A stretch of 64,000 nucleotides of DNA from Kudoa neothunni (GCA_964304625.1 OZ199839.1:4529376-4593375), one strand, 5' to 3'; counted from the first letter of the stretch, positions 26,101 through 39,591 are shown. A program made the numbers and translations. The notes: a model not told the origin generated them from the letters alone.

Positions 26101-29100
26101 TTTCCTCGTTCAAATCGAAAATAATGTCTGCTGATCAAAATTTGTTGACTGTTAAAGACAGTTCTAAGTCCAAAGTAAATGATGTAAAAATAAAACATAA
26201 GGAACTGGGTAGTTATCTAAGTAAATATATGTCGTGGACTGATAAGAATGAAGAAATTTCACCCGTATTGATACAACTTACAGGTGACGTTGACGAATTT
26301 AATAAAAATTATCCGAATCAAGTGGAATCATTAAAATCACAAATAGAAACTACTATTGATAACAAGATCGCTTTATTAGAAAATGAAAAAACTAACGCTA
26401 TGAATATGAGAAACAAACTTTTAGAAAATTTTGGTGCCTTATCCCAGCTTTATGGACTCAAAGAAAGTGATTTGAACGAGGAAAATAAAAGTATTATTAA
26501 CAATATCAAAGAAAAACTCAGCACATTAGAAACTCATTGTGATAAATTTAAAAATATATCATTGGAAAAAAAGAAAACATTATCAACTGCACTTCCAAAC
26601 CTAAAAGAATCGACATCAAATGATTCAATCAACATAGCTAATAAACTTTCAGACTGTGAATCTAAACTTGGATGTTGTCAAAATATGATAAATGGGAAAA
26701 ATTGTAATAATGTAATTATGAAAACTGTCAAAGAATGTGAGAATCTGGTGGAAAGATTTAGTGGTGCGGATGAAACCGCTTCAATTAACATATTAAAAAC
26801 CCGATTTTCGGAGTCACTTGAAAGGGTAAAACTTTCAACAGGTGATATATTTGGTTTTGATCAGATGAACGCTTTAAAAAGTACAATACCTTTCATGGCT
26901 GATATTTTTGATAAAATACAGAACTCATTCAAAATGCAATTTCGACAACGAAAAGTCGAAGTTGTGGGCGTCGTAAACTCAGGAGTTAAATCTAAAATGA
27001 GCTTTTGTAATGAATCGGTTGATAATAATATCGGTGCTATCACAAAATTGAAAACGATATTAAGAGACCTACTTGATCAGTACAGCGACGAGATTGCTGA
27101 TCACCAAAAGGTCTGCACTGATTCTGAGAACATTTTCATCAGCGGGTCAGCGTCTGCTACTTCACTAGTGAAATCTATCAATGAGAATAATAAAAGTAAC
27201 TATTTTACACGGGTGATCAATAAAAACCCCACTGCATCAACGTCACTAGCAAAGTATTCTGATGATTTGAATGAGAACCAACGCTCTAGCGATTTTCACA
27301 TCCAAGCAATAAAAAGATTAAATAACGAAGTTCAAGCGATTCAAGGAATTATAGAAAATACTGAAGATACTTATAGACAGGGCTGCCAGCGGGATTTTAG
27401 AAAAAACCCAAGGTCGAGAAAAACGCTAGTCTAAAGTACAACAAAAAATAGAATCATATCTATCAAAGTTTTTAATCATCTTCCGAATCTTCAAATACAT
27501 CTACAGATATTAAATTTAAATTTATCGTCGTATTACAGAAATTTATTGTTGCGAACACTCATTCAAACTTAATGTCTAGTATAGATCAATATGTTCACAA
27601 TGAATTAATTAATTCATAGTTCAAGATATATTTTGAAATAACGTTAAATTTTCCAATAATGTGCGACAATGTTAATTGAACAATTGTGCAATCGTGCCCC
27701 GATAAACATTCTATTGTACTGTCGTTCAATATCGTATATGTTTAAACCCTGCACGATATAATCTGAGTAGGGTACGTTATTAAAAATATAAATATTAATG
27801 TCACACATAAGAAAATTTGTGTTATTATTCAATGTTTACATGTTTTCAATAAAAACCCAAGATTTTAAAGAAGAATGGAAAAAAACCCAAGAACCCAAGG
27901 TCTTGGGGAAAAAACTAAGCAATGGACGCCTTGCTTATAAATCCCTTAAACACGAAATAAACTTGCTACAAAACCAGATAAATGAGTCTGTATCTGTAAA
28001 TGACAACAATATAAATGGAAGAAATGAATTTGAAAATTATTTGGCCGGTATTCAGATAAAACTGGAAACAAAATATCTTGAAATCAATCAAATTATTGCC
28101 ATTTTAATAACTGGGAAAAATTATGCGAATCAAATGAAAATAAATATTGATATGAGTTTGATGAATACTTCTTCCAAAATAAAAGAATTTGAAGACGTAA
28201 TTTCAAAAAATAAACAACAAAAAGACACGCTATTGGAAAATCTGAAACAGATAGAGGAAAAATCAAAGAGTATCAGTGCCACGTTTGGAATATTTGACAA
28301 ATTAAAGAAACAACTAATTACGTTGCAAGAACAATTATCTTCGAGGTATCAAGAAGAAGTTGATTGGATTGAGTTGGAAAAGAATACTCTAACTAAATCA
28401 ATGAATTCTAAATTATTGCGGATACAATCGAATCAAGTAAAAACAATTGAACCACTAAATAAATACTTAAAGAGAGTTAATCATCTTGAATCAACCGTTA
28501 GCACTGCCAGCATGGACTTATCAGAACTGGTTACAATAATAAAAAAAATAACGAACTGAATGATGATATCAAATCAAGGTATGCAGAATTAGAAATAAAA
28601 TTAGGTAACAATTTTCTGAATGGAAATCACTATTACTTTAACGAAAATGCCAAAATAATGACTCGAAATAATAAATTAGAACAACAAATCAATAATCATC
28701 TCCACATTGTTAACGACATAAATGAGAAACTCGTTAGTTCAAGTTTGGAAGAACTCTCCTAAAAATTCTTTGCAGATTCAGAAAGAAAAGTACAATTAAT
28801 AGAGAAATTTATTTTACAAAAAAAATATACAACATTCAATGTTTCAACATATGAATTAAATGCGGACGTAACGTGTGACCTAGAATTTTCAGAAAGGATG
28901 GAGGATATTCAAGGGGACTTAATACCTATTGAAGAAATGCTCAAATTATTAGCCGATCAAAACAAGAAGAATGATGTCATGGGCCAAAATATTATAAATC
29001 AAAAACTACACAAACTAGAAAACATCGACAGTCCAGACTCGGCGCCAGAATTCGCCAAAGAACTCCTTACAACAATTGCGATTAATCGTGATGACACCGG

Positions 29101-29359
29101 TCATGGCGTTGTCCAAGGTCGGATCAATGATATAAAAACATTAGATATAATAAATCTCATTGTTTTCCTATCATTTATCATGATCATGGTAATGGGGGTG
29201 TACGTAATTAGAAAACTTCGTCAGAAAAACAAAGAAAAATTATTATATCAAAAATGCGACCAAATTTACATTCCGGTTAAATTACAATATTCAGTCGGTT
29301 TTCTGGTTAAAAAATATAGAAATTTAGTGTTTAAACTAATAATTATATATAGTCGTTAG
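23129..29359 (+). pseudogene. Very large intronless coiled-coil protein with C-terminal transmembrane helix, decayed
   Basis: A chain of same-strand ORFs (23129, 23939, 24389, 25018, 25746, 27798, 28898) joined by single stops or frameshifts. Heptad-like K/E/N/I/L-rich sequence. TM IINLIVFLSFIMIMVMGVYVI followed by RKLRQKNKEK. Confidence 0.75.
27378..27933. mobile_element. hAT MITE (CAGGGC..CA family), copy A
   Basis: TIRs CAGGGCTGCCA / TGGACGCCTTG, TSD CTTATAGA/CTTATAAA, subterminal AAAACCCAAGG repeats. Removal rejoins ENTEDTY/KSLKHEINLLQ in frame. Confidence 0.85.
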
Positions 29360-29455
29360 AATAACTGTTTATCGGTCTTTATTATTTTGTTCTCTCTCCG
29401 CCATTTATTTCTCTACCTTCAATTGAATATTTCGTATCAGTTGTTCATATATATA

Positions 29456-29540
29456 CAGTAAAACCCCGTTTATCCGAATTTCGTTTAGTCGAAAATCGCG
29501 TTATCCGGAAAATTTTGTTGAAATTCATGTATATTCTAAA
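29456..29540 (+). mobile_element. Tigger/pogo-type terminal fragment
   Basis: TA|CAGTAAAACCCCGTTTATCCGAA with repeated TTATCCG subterminal motifs. Followed by a Charlie-like hAT end (CATTGTTTCCCAAAC). Confidence 0.5.
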
Positions 29541-31619
29541 TCATTGTTTCCCAAACTTTTTCAAAAGTATTAAATGTTTAGCTTAAACTGTTCATAACTT
29601 GAATAAAGTTCGGCTATTGTATACCCCGTGGCTCCCCAAAAACAGCCTTATTGTGTGCGTTTTCCCCCGAAAATCACTCTAAAAATTATTTGTAACAAAA
29701 AAAATACGGAGTGATGTACTTTTATTACCATAAATTTATTAACAGTGTTTCTGGTTGATCTGGTCTCGGTTGTTGTCGTTGCCATTTTAATCTTGTTTAC
29801 CAACATACGTTTATTCATTTCACCATGAATACGTGTGCTTTCCTGTAATTTTCGCCTAGAAATGAGCTAATAATAATTTTACAATTAATATTCTCCGGAA
29901 AAAACTAAAAAGTATCCATAAATACGTCCGTTTACATTCTCAATCGAACTAATGTAATACTCATTCTATTAATTACGTTAAACCTTAGAATTCAATTTTA
30001 TTTGTTTCACATTGCATTTTCTAGTCTTACATTTTTTATATTAGTATCCGCGACATTTATCTTTGGTTAATTAACATTTTACTCTAAAAAGGTATAAACT
30101 TTCCATATACACAGGTAAAATAAACCAAATAAATTCATCAAATTTACAAGTAGGTAACTTATAATAATATTGATTCGTAAAAATGTCATAAAATAATTTC
30201 TCTATATGCTTGTTTTTATTCTTTCCAAAAAAACAGAGTTAACCTGTGTTCAATACTAGTCATAATACTCGGCTACTCTCGTGGTTGGGGAATATTTAAT
30301 TTAGGAAAAAATTGAAATAAAAATGTTTTGAATTATATTTTTTTAATATAATAAACGTTTCATTATGTAAATAGCATAAAGAACTGCCGAAAATTTACTG
30401 CGCGAAATAAAGAGTCATAAACGAAACATAACAAAATTTTACTTAATAATATAAGTACTTATTACATTTAAGGAGAAAATGAAAAAACCTAATATAAATA
30501 AATTAAAAAAATTATAATACTAACCAATGAACCTCATTTTGTTTAAATTTCATCATCATTATTCGATACATCCGTGATTTTAAGAAACGAAGAAAAGCAA
30601 GTAGAAATCGACTTATACGTGAGGCATTACAAACGGAATACAATTATACAGTCAATGCATAAAGGGATATAAAATCCGAAATTGAATTCCCATTTGAATT
30701 CTTTTATAGGTCTGTTCAGTTGAATCATACCTATAACAATGTGGTAGATTAAATTTTTATCGTGAAATCTGATAAACATTTACCCAAGAAATTTTGTCAC
30801 ACGCAAAATCTTAAAAAACGCCGACAAAAAAATTCAAAATACTTCCATATGCATATTCAAAGATACAAGAGCATAATACAAAGCCACTTTTTAAACTAAC
30901 GCGTTCATTTAATCAGGATTTGTGGTTACTTTAAGATTTAGGGTCAAATTGGCCATGTAATTGGCTCGTAGTAGCTTCAAGACGATGGTGAACCGACATT
31001 TTACAAAATGTATTTCTTGGAAGATTTGCATATGCAAGGTTAGAATTGATCAGCAACACGTTCTCGGAATAGGAACGTATTTTTCTAACACCCAAGACAT
31101 GTTTAACAAGCAAAATAGGTACACGTATCATTTTAAGCGTGTTTTGGAAATCCACCCAATTTCTGATTCTATTACTATAATGGATACTGACAGCATTCTT
31201 AAGAAGAAAATATAGGTTGATATAACACTCCAAGTCACGATTAATGGTCCTCATAAAGTTAGATCATCAGCGTGAAGTATTAGACATTTTTTAATGAAAT
31301 TAACACAACACACTTCAAACAGTAAATGAAGCACCTAAATCGCATAAGCTACCGCAACACTCAAAAATAAATGTCGGGAATGAAAATTGTTATTAGTTTC
31401 GCACTTCAAAAATTGGGAAACAAACGTGTTTCATGTAACGTTTCTACTCCTATCGCTTAATGATAATAGAATAATGTTCCACATAACATTGTAGATATAT
31501 TCCCAAAAATAGAATCGAAGAGACATTGTTTCATATAAATAAATTTGAATGAAATTTATATAAACACTGAATTAAAATAGGCGAGTAAAATCCATAAAGG
31601 TAATGAAATGATAGCATAG

Positions 31620-31895
31620 TCAGTTATCAAAATACCTCCTTATTAAAACTATATTTTTGGTCATACCATTTGGAGAAAAAGCGTATAAATTGAGTTTAGA
31701 ACCTACCCTAGAGAGGGCGACATACAACTGCCCATGAGAAAAACACGGTTCCTCCAAATTTAAACCGACAACTTTGATGGTTTGCCCTTGGGCCTTATTT
31801 ACGGGCATTGCAAAGCGTGGTTTGATGGGAAATTGCAGTCTTCTAAAATTAATGGAGGTGTCCGAAGGAATTCTCGGAATATTTACATCTTTCAA
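31620..31895 (-). mobile_element. Helitron Pif1-like helicase C-terminal fragment
   Basis: IPRIP...FRRLQFPI...FAM.VNKAQGQT...VGLNLEEPCFSHGQLYVALSRV...TKNIV is the canonical Helitron RepHel end. Confidence 0.88.
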
Positions 31896-31999
31896 TAGTC
31901 TAAGGCGGTAATGGTAGGTTCGTGTTCGCTCTCAAGGCTCTAAATTTGCACAAAGTACTAATGAACGAACGAAATTGCCATCTGTGGTTAACTACTTAA

Positions 32000-32750
32000 C
32001 CCTTTGAATCCCCAAATTTTAATTCAGCGGCTGAAAATTTTTTTTCTCATTATGTTTAATTTTAAATAACTTTATATAAAATATCCAAAAATTGAAGCAC
32101 TCATTTCAAAAATTAAAAAGATACACGCATGATGCCAAACGGCAACATTGGGACGGCGCTTATTTCAATATGCTGGAGTGCGCATGTGCTCGTTTCATGT
32201 TACTTTGCTTTTAACCAAAAAATTACTCTTTCGTCATCAGAAATGAAATATTAAATTATTTATTACAATTTCGATAGTCCAAAAAACAGTTTCTGTTTTT
32301 ATTGGGGCACAGATGAACATTACACTCAATGTAAATATGTTCGAATAACCTATCATTGAAGAATCGGTTGAAATAAGTGAAACGTTCAAATATAATATCT
32401 TCAACTTTATTAAAAATATCAGCTGTTTATTAAATTTTTCGCATTCATTCCCTAATTTAAAATGTAGTCATCTTCCTCATCATTAGAACTGTATTTGGAT
32501 ACAATATCATCATATTGGCTTGACTATACGATATGGAATCCGATTCCAGTCCAACGTCTGATTTGTTCCCACCTGGTAATAATATGATTTTTAAAAGTCT
32601 GTTCTGTTTAGTCCTTTCTCCAATCCAGTCAGAATCCATTCTAAAGAATATAAACACACTTAAATCGAGGGCCGAACGTTGCCGTGTAACAACGCCCGCT
32701 ATACCCGCTGGACCAATGTTGCTAATGGCAACAAGGATTGATCTGTCCCT
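32000..32750 (-). mobile_element. Non-autonomous piggyBac-like remnant
   Basis: TTAA|CCCTTTGAAT terminus, palindromic subterminal motifs TGATGCCAAACGGCAACA and TGTTGCTAATGGCAACA, and a remnant of an acidic piggyBac-like N-terminus on the minus strand. The other end was not found. Confidence 0.5.
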
Positions 32751-33242
32751 ATAGTATACGTATCAAAACATATTTTCTTCTTAGATTCATTTTTATAATA
32801 AACTTATTTAATAGTACATATGTATATTTTTTTATTTGATTGAAACCTCAAAATTCCAAGTTCAATTGTAGGATACTTTTAGCCCTTTTTATATTTGCCA
32901 TAGAGTTTGATATTTATCTGTATCGCTCTTGATATGAAACATACAAGTTTTTATAATTCATTTTTATAAAATAAAATAAACATTAACTGTATTATTATAA
33001 TAAGGATATATTTAAGAAATGTAATTAAATGGTTAGAGGTACGTATAAGTTATGCAGAGTGAGTAATAAAATAAATTTAAAACTGCGGACACTTTAAACG
33101 TAAATGGATTAAAAAAATATAAAACGAAGGTCATTCGAAAAAAATTTACAAATAGGTGGAAGTATTTAATAAAAAAGTTAAAAAAAACTATATCAAACTA
33201 AAATCTCAAAATTTTTTTAACAATAACTCAAATTTCGCAATG

Positions 33243-33864
33243 TTAATTCCAAAACTATTCCGATTTCTCGATCACCGCGAATCTGCTCATTCGTTGAAAC
33301 AGGCAAATGTTTAATTATGAGTAGTTAGATATATCATCTTTACAACCAGAAAAGCACTAGTTCCGCCAACTACCATGATAACAGAAGCTGTGTATATGAG
33401 TTCCAGCCAATCCTGTTGTGTTTCTGGTCTGACTAGAAACGTTTTTTTCAGCTAAAACACCGCAAAGTAAAAATAACAATTTTTACAATATCTAAAATTT
33501 ACCATTAAAGTTTTATTATTGAGTTCATCATCGCTAACAGAAGTATTCATATACCAAATGGAGATATTTTTACTGTTTTTATTTACGCTAGGTTGAATTG
33601 TTGTCATATTAGTAGAGGATACATTAACCAAGTTGGTTAGATTGTTATGTTTATCTACAACATCGTTAAAATTTGTAATAAACTATTGAATATTCAACCA
33701 AGTAATGATCGTGAGTATGCACTATTTGCAGCGGTCAACCCAACAGTACCAATGCCATATGCGGAAATATTATTGCCGGAAATAAAGCAGAACACGGGAA
33801 ACTCAATGCCAAATATACACGGAAAACACAACATCAACTCCAAAAAGTTCACTCTTACATCCAT
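33243..33864 (-). CDS. Unannotated small type-I membrane glycoprotein (3-4 exons)
   Basis: ATG at 33864. MDVRVNFLELMLCFPCIFG (signal-like) / DKHNNLTNLVNVSSTNMTT...KNIS...NTS...NKTLM (6 NxS/T sequons) / LKKTFLVRPETQQDW-LELIYTASVIMVVGGTSAFLVV (TM). Joined in frame by short GT-AG introns. The last exon is uncertain. Confidence 0.6.
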
Positions 33865-34008
33865 AAAATTTTAAACAATCCTCGACAAATATATCACGAA
33901 TCAGAAAAGTGAGAAATAATCAAACGCACGCAGCGTCAATAAAAAACAATTCAAAACTTGTCATGTAAAGGCATAATGGAAGCAAAATATGTTCAAAAAA
34001 TAAAACAA

Positions 34009-35836
34009 CTACAAATTATGATTATCATCATACTTTGGGTGTTTGCCATGCTGAAACTCTTTGATCGCTTCATCAGGTGCATTTAGTTTAACGGGCTTCT
34101 TGGTGTGTAGCATGTCTTTTAAAAAAGTGTCATTGTGTTCAGCAGTTGATTTATTTTCTGTTGAAAAGCAAAGTTATTGAAATCATTCGATCACACATAA
34201 AATACCGGAACTTTCTGTAGTTGTAATGTCTCCGTTATTCTCGAAAGATTTATTAACAATATCTTTAGTATTGTTTTCCGCATTAAGATTCATATTTAGA
34301 TTCACACTTTGGCTGGAGGGTGTGACACCCAAAGCACATGAAGATTTTAAATTAGTTTCGTTTTTGCCATCGGATTCCTTCTCCACATCAACGGAATCAC
34401 AATCCAATAAAGTCGTTGGGGTGTTTGCTATATAATCTCCAAAATGAGTAAATAATATGCTACCTACCAGCAGGAACAATGTAATCCAGCAATTCTTCGC
34501 CATTATCATCTTCCACCAACACATCATCTTTATCCAAAAGGAACATATGCCCATTAGATTGATACATTTTCTAAAGAAGCCAAATGGTAAAATAATATAG
34601 CGATACCATAACTAATTACACAACATCCATTACACTGACATAAATAATTTCTCCATCCAGTAGGCATAAATTGGGATGTATATGGAAGACGTAGAGGGAT
34701 ATGTTTAATAATACATTGTTCCGAATTTTCGATTGAATCATTTTGTTGTGATTTTTCACAACAATCTCCCATTATCACCGTATTGGCATCAGTATTTAAA
34801 AATTTGGCCGATTCTTCACCTTCGCCATTGTTGTCTTCAATCACCTGGCAATATTTGGATAGATATGAATATTTGTTTGAACATAGGAAACAGATCAATT
34901 CATCAAATGCGAATTTTCCTGCGCTGTTCTTAGGCGGGGTTCTGTCTAGATGTGTTGCATGAAACCAGTCCTCACAAATGACACATTGGATCATCACATC
35001 GTTCTCATCCTACAACAATAATCACACATATATACAGATTAATATACAAAGCAAATAACATCATTTATTTTAAAACAATTCGAGTAATTAATTACGTTGG
35101 AGTTACCCTCGTAGGGCTGTTTACAAACACAATAGATACCACGAAAATTATCATTATACACATTTTTGGGGTTGAAAAGTTCCTTATCCTACAATTGGTT
35201 GATGTGTAACAATTGAATATTTTATGTAGTCACACAAAAAAGCAGTTGACAATACCGGATCAAGAGCACAGTTGTTATTTTTAAATTTTTCATTGCCACA
35301 ATCACATCGATAGTTGCGTTTAGAATATAATTCAATCACATTGTGTTTTCTATGACACCAAATAGTACATCCGAAACATATAGCACTAAGTTCATTGTTC
35401 TCTTTGTTACAATCCATGCATGTGTATAGATTTTGTCTTTTCATATAACCCTAAAAAAGGAGAGTGATCATTTCGAATATTTCATACATTTTGGTAGCAT
35501 TATATAGTTTATAATGATTCTTGGGCGCGTTAAATTTATCAAAAATTTCAAATTTACTTCTTTATAAGTACAACGATTAGCCGCCTGGCTGCGGAAATAA
35601 TTTTCATCGTATCCATCGGAATCAACCTCCATGTCGTATAATTCTGGAAATTCATTCGATAACACTTTAATCAACTCACCAGTTATCATTTTCTCTGCAA
35701 CACAAGCGGCAAGATAACATTGATCTACATTTTGTTCGTTGATTTCCATATTGTCCAATTCATCAACACTTTCTGCATCTGAGAAATTGTATTCGCTTTC
35801 ACTTCCACTTGAGCTTTCCTCTTCACTCGTACTCAT
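34009..35836 (-). CDS. UBR7: E3 ubiquitin ligase UBR7 (UBR-box plus PHD finger), about 7 exons
   Basis: CTYKE/GYMKRQNLYTCMDC...ICFGCTIWCH...ELYSKRNYRCDCGN (UBR box), then YNDNFRGIYCVCKQPY...MIQCVICEDWFH..HL (PHD), then WRNYLCQCNGCC/KMY...FLLD. Acidic N-terminus. The 3' end is less certain. Confidence 0.92.
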
Positions 35837-35992
35837 TTTCCCTCTTTTATTTTAAACAGCGTCGGTCAAACACGTACCTGACGAAGTATATGACAGCCGT
35901 TGGCGAATCGCGCGAACTCGGTGTAATACATCGTGGAGATTTATGTGCAAGTTGTGATTATTGACGTTGATTTTCAATCGATACACATCACA

Positions 35993-36293
35993 TATGCGGT
36001 TGGGAATATTTTTAAGCACTTTTTGAACATTAGAGGTTGGGTTTTTATTTCGATGAGAAGGAATGAGAGTATCCTAGCGGCTGCTGCGTGTGTGACTGTA
36101 AAAGATTTCACAGTTTAATTTGTTTGTTTTCTCATATGATTACATCAGGGAGAGTTGATTTGGTGTTATCTTGTAGATCACATTTTCGGCTTTAATTTCT
36201 CTGCTCAGTAATGCTATTAGTAGCTGGTATGTTTTTCTATCAAAAGTGACCAATATTTTCCAGTGAACCAAGGGAACAATATATAAAACGATA
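35993..36293 (+). CDS. Candidate spliced single-TM micro-protein, divergent from UBR7
   Basis: Putative short GT-AG introns give (MRGWVFIS)MRRNESILAAAACVT/ITFSALISLLSNAISS/CEPREQYIKR*. No recognisable homology. Confidence 0.25.
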
Positions 36294-36394
36294 AAACTTT
36301 GATTATGCAAGATTTTTAAATTTTGTAGATAACAAAATTATAGGATTGCAATTTACACATTTACATTGCAATTAACTGCCTTAACCCTCTAATG

Positions 36395-37488
36395 CAGCGG
36401 TTCTTAACCTGGGGTCCGTGAGTGATTTAAATAAAATCTGAATCCAATTTTATCATCATACATTCATTATAACTTGGTATTTTTAAACGTTGGCGTAATT
36501 ATCAAAAACTTGAAATGTACCCTTACGTTATTGTTTCTTATAAGTATTTTATATTTATTATAAAATTTCGTTGTGTTATAATTTATTTCGTAAAAAAATC
36601 TAAAAAACAAAAGTCATTCAGTAGGCTATTTGATAAAAATTGAAAATTTCCAAGATGTACTTCTTCATGTTGCAGAGTATACAATTAGATTGCTTACTCC
36701 TTTTACAACAACCTATTATCGCGAAACTAGATTTCTATGCTGGTTACCATAAAAAAGGTCACGCAACCGTTTATATGCGTGTTACTCTTTCAAGTACCTG
36801 TCAGAATTCTGTCAACTTATTCATAAAAAGAAACTACAAAAGTCTCATTATATATTTTTTTAATGTCTATTATTTATAAAAAAGTAGGATTTTTGCATTA
36901 TTCTCACATCTATTATATAAAAATTCCTCGTTTAATAACTCTTTATTGTAGTAAACACAATAATTAACGAAAATACAGATTTTATATAGTAGAAATATTT
37001 TGATTACTACAAGAATATTTTTCCCTCAAAAATGTTTTATGGATTTTACTTTTAAACATTTACCCATGTATAGATAATTTAACAAATTTCGTCAAATTTT
37101 TTATTTTATAATATTATGCATCATTGTCTGTATTTGGTTAGAATTTTGATAATTTCTAACAAAATTACAAGGAAGGATGTCATAGTTTTTATTATTTTTT
37201 TGATATCAACAATAATTCACGTATTAGAGATTAAAAATTTTTAATACATATTTAAAACAAAAGCATTACATAATTTGTTTATATACAATAATATTGTAGT
37301 AAAATTGAGGATATAAAATAAATAATTCAAAATTTTTCTTTTTCATCAAGAATTTTTTAAACTAAACTAATATTAAAATTATATAGAAGTTTGATTTTAT
37401 TTCTTTTTAAATAAAATATTTATATTTATGATTGGATTATGCATTAAACACGATGGGGTCCGCAAGGAAAAAAGTTTAAGAACCGCTG
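36395..37488. mobile_element. hAT (Charlie/Buster-type) MITE
   Basis: CAGCGGTTCTTAACC ... TTAAGAACCGCTG with perfect 8-bp TSD CTCTAATG and subterminal GGGGTCCG motifs. Confidence 0.93.
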
Positions 37489-37699
37489 CTCTAATGTGCT
37501 AAAAATCGACCGCATTCTGATAAATTTTTGGGTAAAAAATTACCCCATATTTTTATATCTCCACTCGAATCATAAAAAATATTCGATTTCAGAGAATAAA
37601 AATCGGAGGCTAAACTACGGTATCTGTGCACGAACTTCGAACGGGTCTGGTACTCAATCGGAAATAACAAATTTACGTTAATTTGTATATAATATCATT

Positions 37700-38300
37700 C
37701 TATACTTGAAAAGAGTGCTTAATTCTGTTTTAGAATGTTTTATTCTAAATAATTAATACGAAATATATTCCGATAAATTGTCAGGGTTTTTATCGGTAGA
37801 ATTTCTATGTTTTCTCTTGAATCCCTCAGATAGGTTCAATTTAGTTGATGTGGATCCCTTCAGGTGAAACGAACCTTCTGTTATGATTAACTTTTCCGTG
37901 GGTGAAGCCTAGACTTTCCAAATTGTTGTAGCCTCTCCAACCATCAGTCCATATTGTGGAACCATCTTCAATATTATTCATAATGATATTTTCGAGGACT
38001 TCTTTATTTCTATATCTGGTTATTTTAACTAAACAATTACTATTTCCACCAATCCCGCTGACCATCCAATATTGTTGATTTTGGAGAATTCTTCTAACGT
38101 TATATTTTCGTTTTGAAACGGCGGTTTCGTCGACTTGGACAATAACTCCTTTCCCGCTAATTTTTTAAAATTCATCGTCTAATTTTGAAGCAATAATTTC
38201 AATAATTAGACTTTTCCATTCTGATATAGTGGAAAATGATGCGATATCAAGATGGTGCAGTATGTTTTCGTAGCCACCTTTTGGGTGTTGGATCATGTAG
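37700..38300 (-). mobile_element. Merlin transposase pseudogene
   Basis: GKGVIVQVDETAVSKRKYNVRRILQNQQYWMVSGI...RNKEVLENII...GSTIWTDGWRGYNNL..LGFTHGKVNH..RFVSPEGIHIN. Confidence 0.88.
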
Positions 38301-38302
38301 AG

Positions 38303-38420
38303 CGGTGTTTCCCAACCTGGGGTCATATGACCCATATATGGTTCATGCAAAATTTTTTGATTAATTTGGACGGTGCAAGAAAACGCGGAACCATGTCGTG
38401 TAGGATACCCTCAGGTTGGA
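38303..38420 (+). mobile_element. Charlie-type hAT left end inserted into Merlin
   Basis: CGGTGTTTCCCAACCTGGGGTCATATGACCC preceded by ATGTAGAG (nnnTAnnn). The right end was not found. Confidence 0.6.
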
Positions 38421-39357
38421 AAATGTTATTTTAACTTTGGACTCGATTTATATTAATTTATTTTAATATTATGTTGAATTAATTTATATATTGTTGTTTT
38501 ATGAGTAACATTGCACATTTCAAGGTGGAAAACGATACAAACTTGACTCATCATGAGAGCTGAAATGATCAGCAGGTGTTCCGATCACGCAATACTCATT
38601 TTTCCGTTAGTTAGTTTTTGGTGCTAACGAAAAGTTTTGTAACTTGAAAATCTGATACAGACGAGAGTTAATTTTCCTATCCATTAAATTTTAGACACGT
38701 AACTATTCATGTATCTCTTGGACCCGTTTAATTTCATGATACATAGCAGCTTGGTTTCATAATTTTTTCTATTTTTAATTATTTAATACTTCAATAAGAT
38801 TATTCACAAAATATTCAAGTGGAATGAACATGTTTAAAAAGTACACTTTATATTTAATTAGGCTGTTAAAACGTGAAGGTATTTTCAAACACTTCAGTTC
38901 ACTCGCTTATTTAATAACCCCAATCTAGACATTGAAAACATTATTCGCTCGGAATTCTCATACGGAAAGAATATTATTAAATAATATTATCAATTCATAT
39001 GAAATTAAAGATTTTTATTATACAAAATAATGTGTTTTGGGACATTTCATGAAAATATAATCTGCACATCCTAACTATATTTTGTTATGCCAGTCATATT
39101 ATTTATAATCGACGAAATAAATTTTTAAATAGTTTATTTAACAAAAAAGAAGATTAATATAGAAATAAATTTAATTAATAAAGCATTCAATCAAAAAGCC
39201 ATTTTATTATGACATCAAAATCTGATAAGCAATAAAATATATACGATTTTTAATTAAAAAAAAGTTGTCAATGAATAATTTTAAATAACATGGAATTACA
39301 CAGAAATTTTTATCCGCATGTTTTAAACATATTTTTGACTTAATGTAACGTATTTAA

Positions 39358-39591
39358 CCCTTTGAGGGCAACCATAGGCTCCACAGACCATCTTCAATAT
39401 TATTTTGTTAATCAACTTGTTATATTTTATGTTTTCGTCAGAATTTTACCTACTTCTTAAAAAAAGTATAACTTATCGATTAACATAATAAAATTGGTAA
39501 AAGTTATGGCGAAAATACTCAAAGTGTAACTAACTTAACAACTAAATAATATTAAGGTGGGCACATGAAGCCTATGGTTGTCTTCAAAAGG
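39358..39591. mobile_element. piggyBac MITE (234 bp)
   Basis: TTAA|CCCTTTGAGGGCAACCATAGGCT ... AGCCTATGGTTGTCTTCAAAAGG|TTAA. Confidence 0.85.

Noticed and set aside
23816-28900. Stop-codon reassignment explaining in-frame stops in the large gene
   Set aside because: Both TGA and TAA stops occur along with frameshifts and a MITE insertion. TAF5 ends at TAA and UBR7 apparently at TAG.
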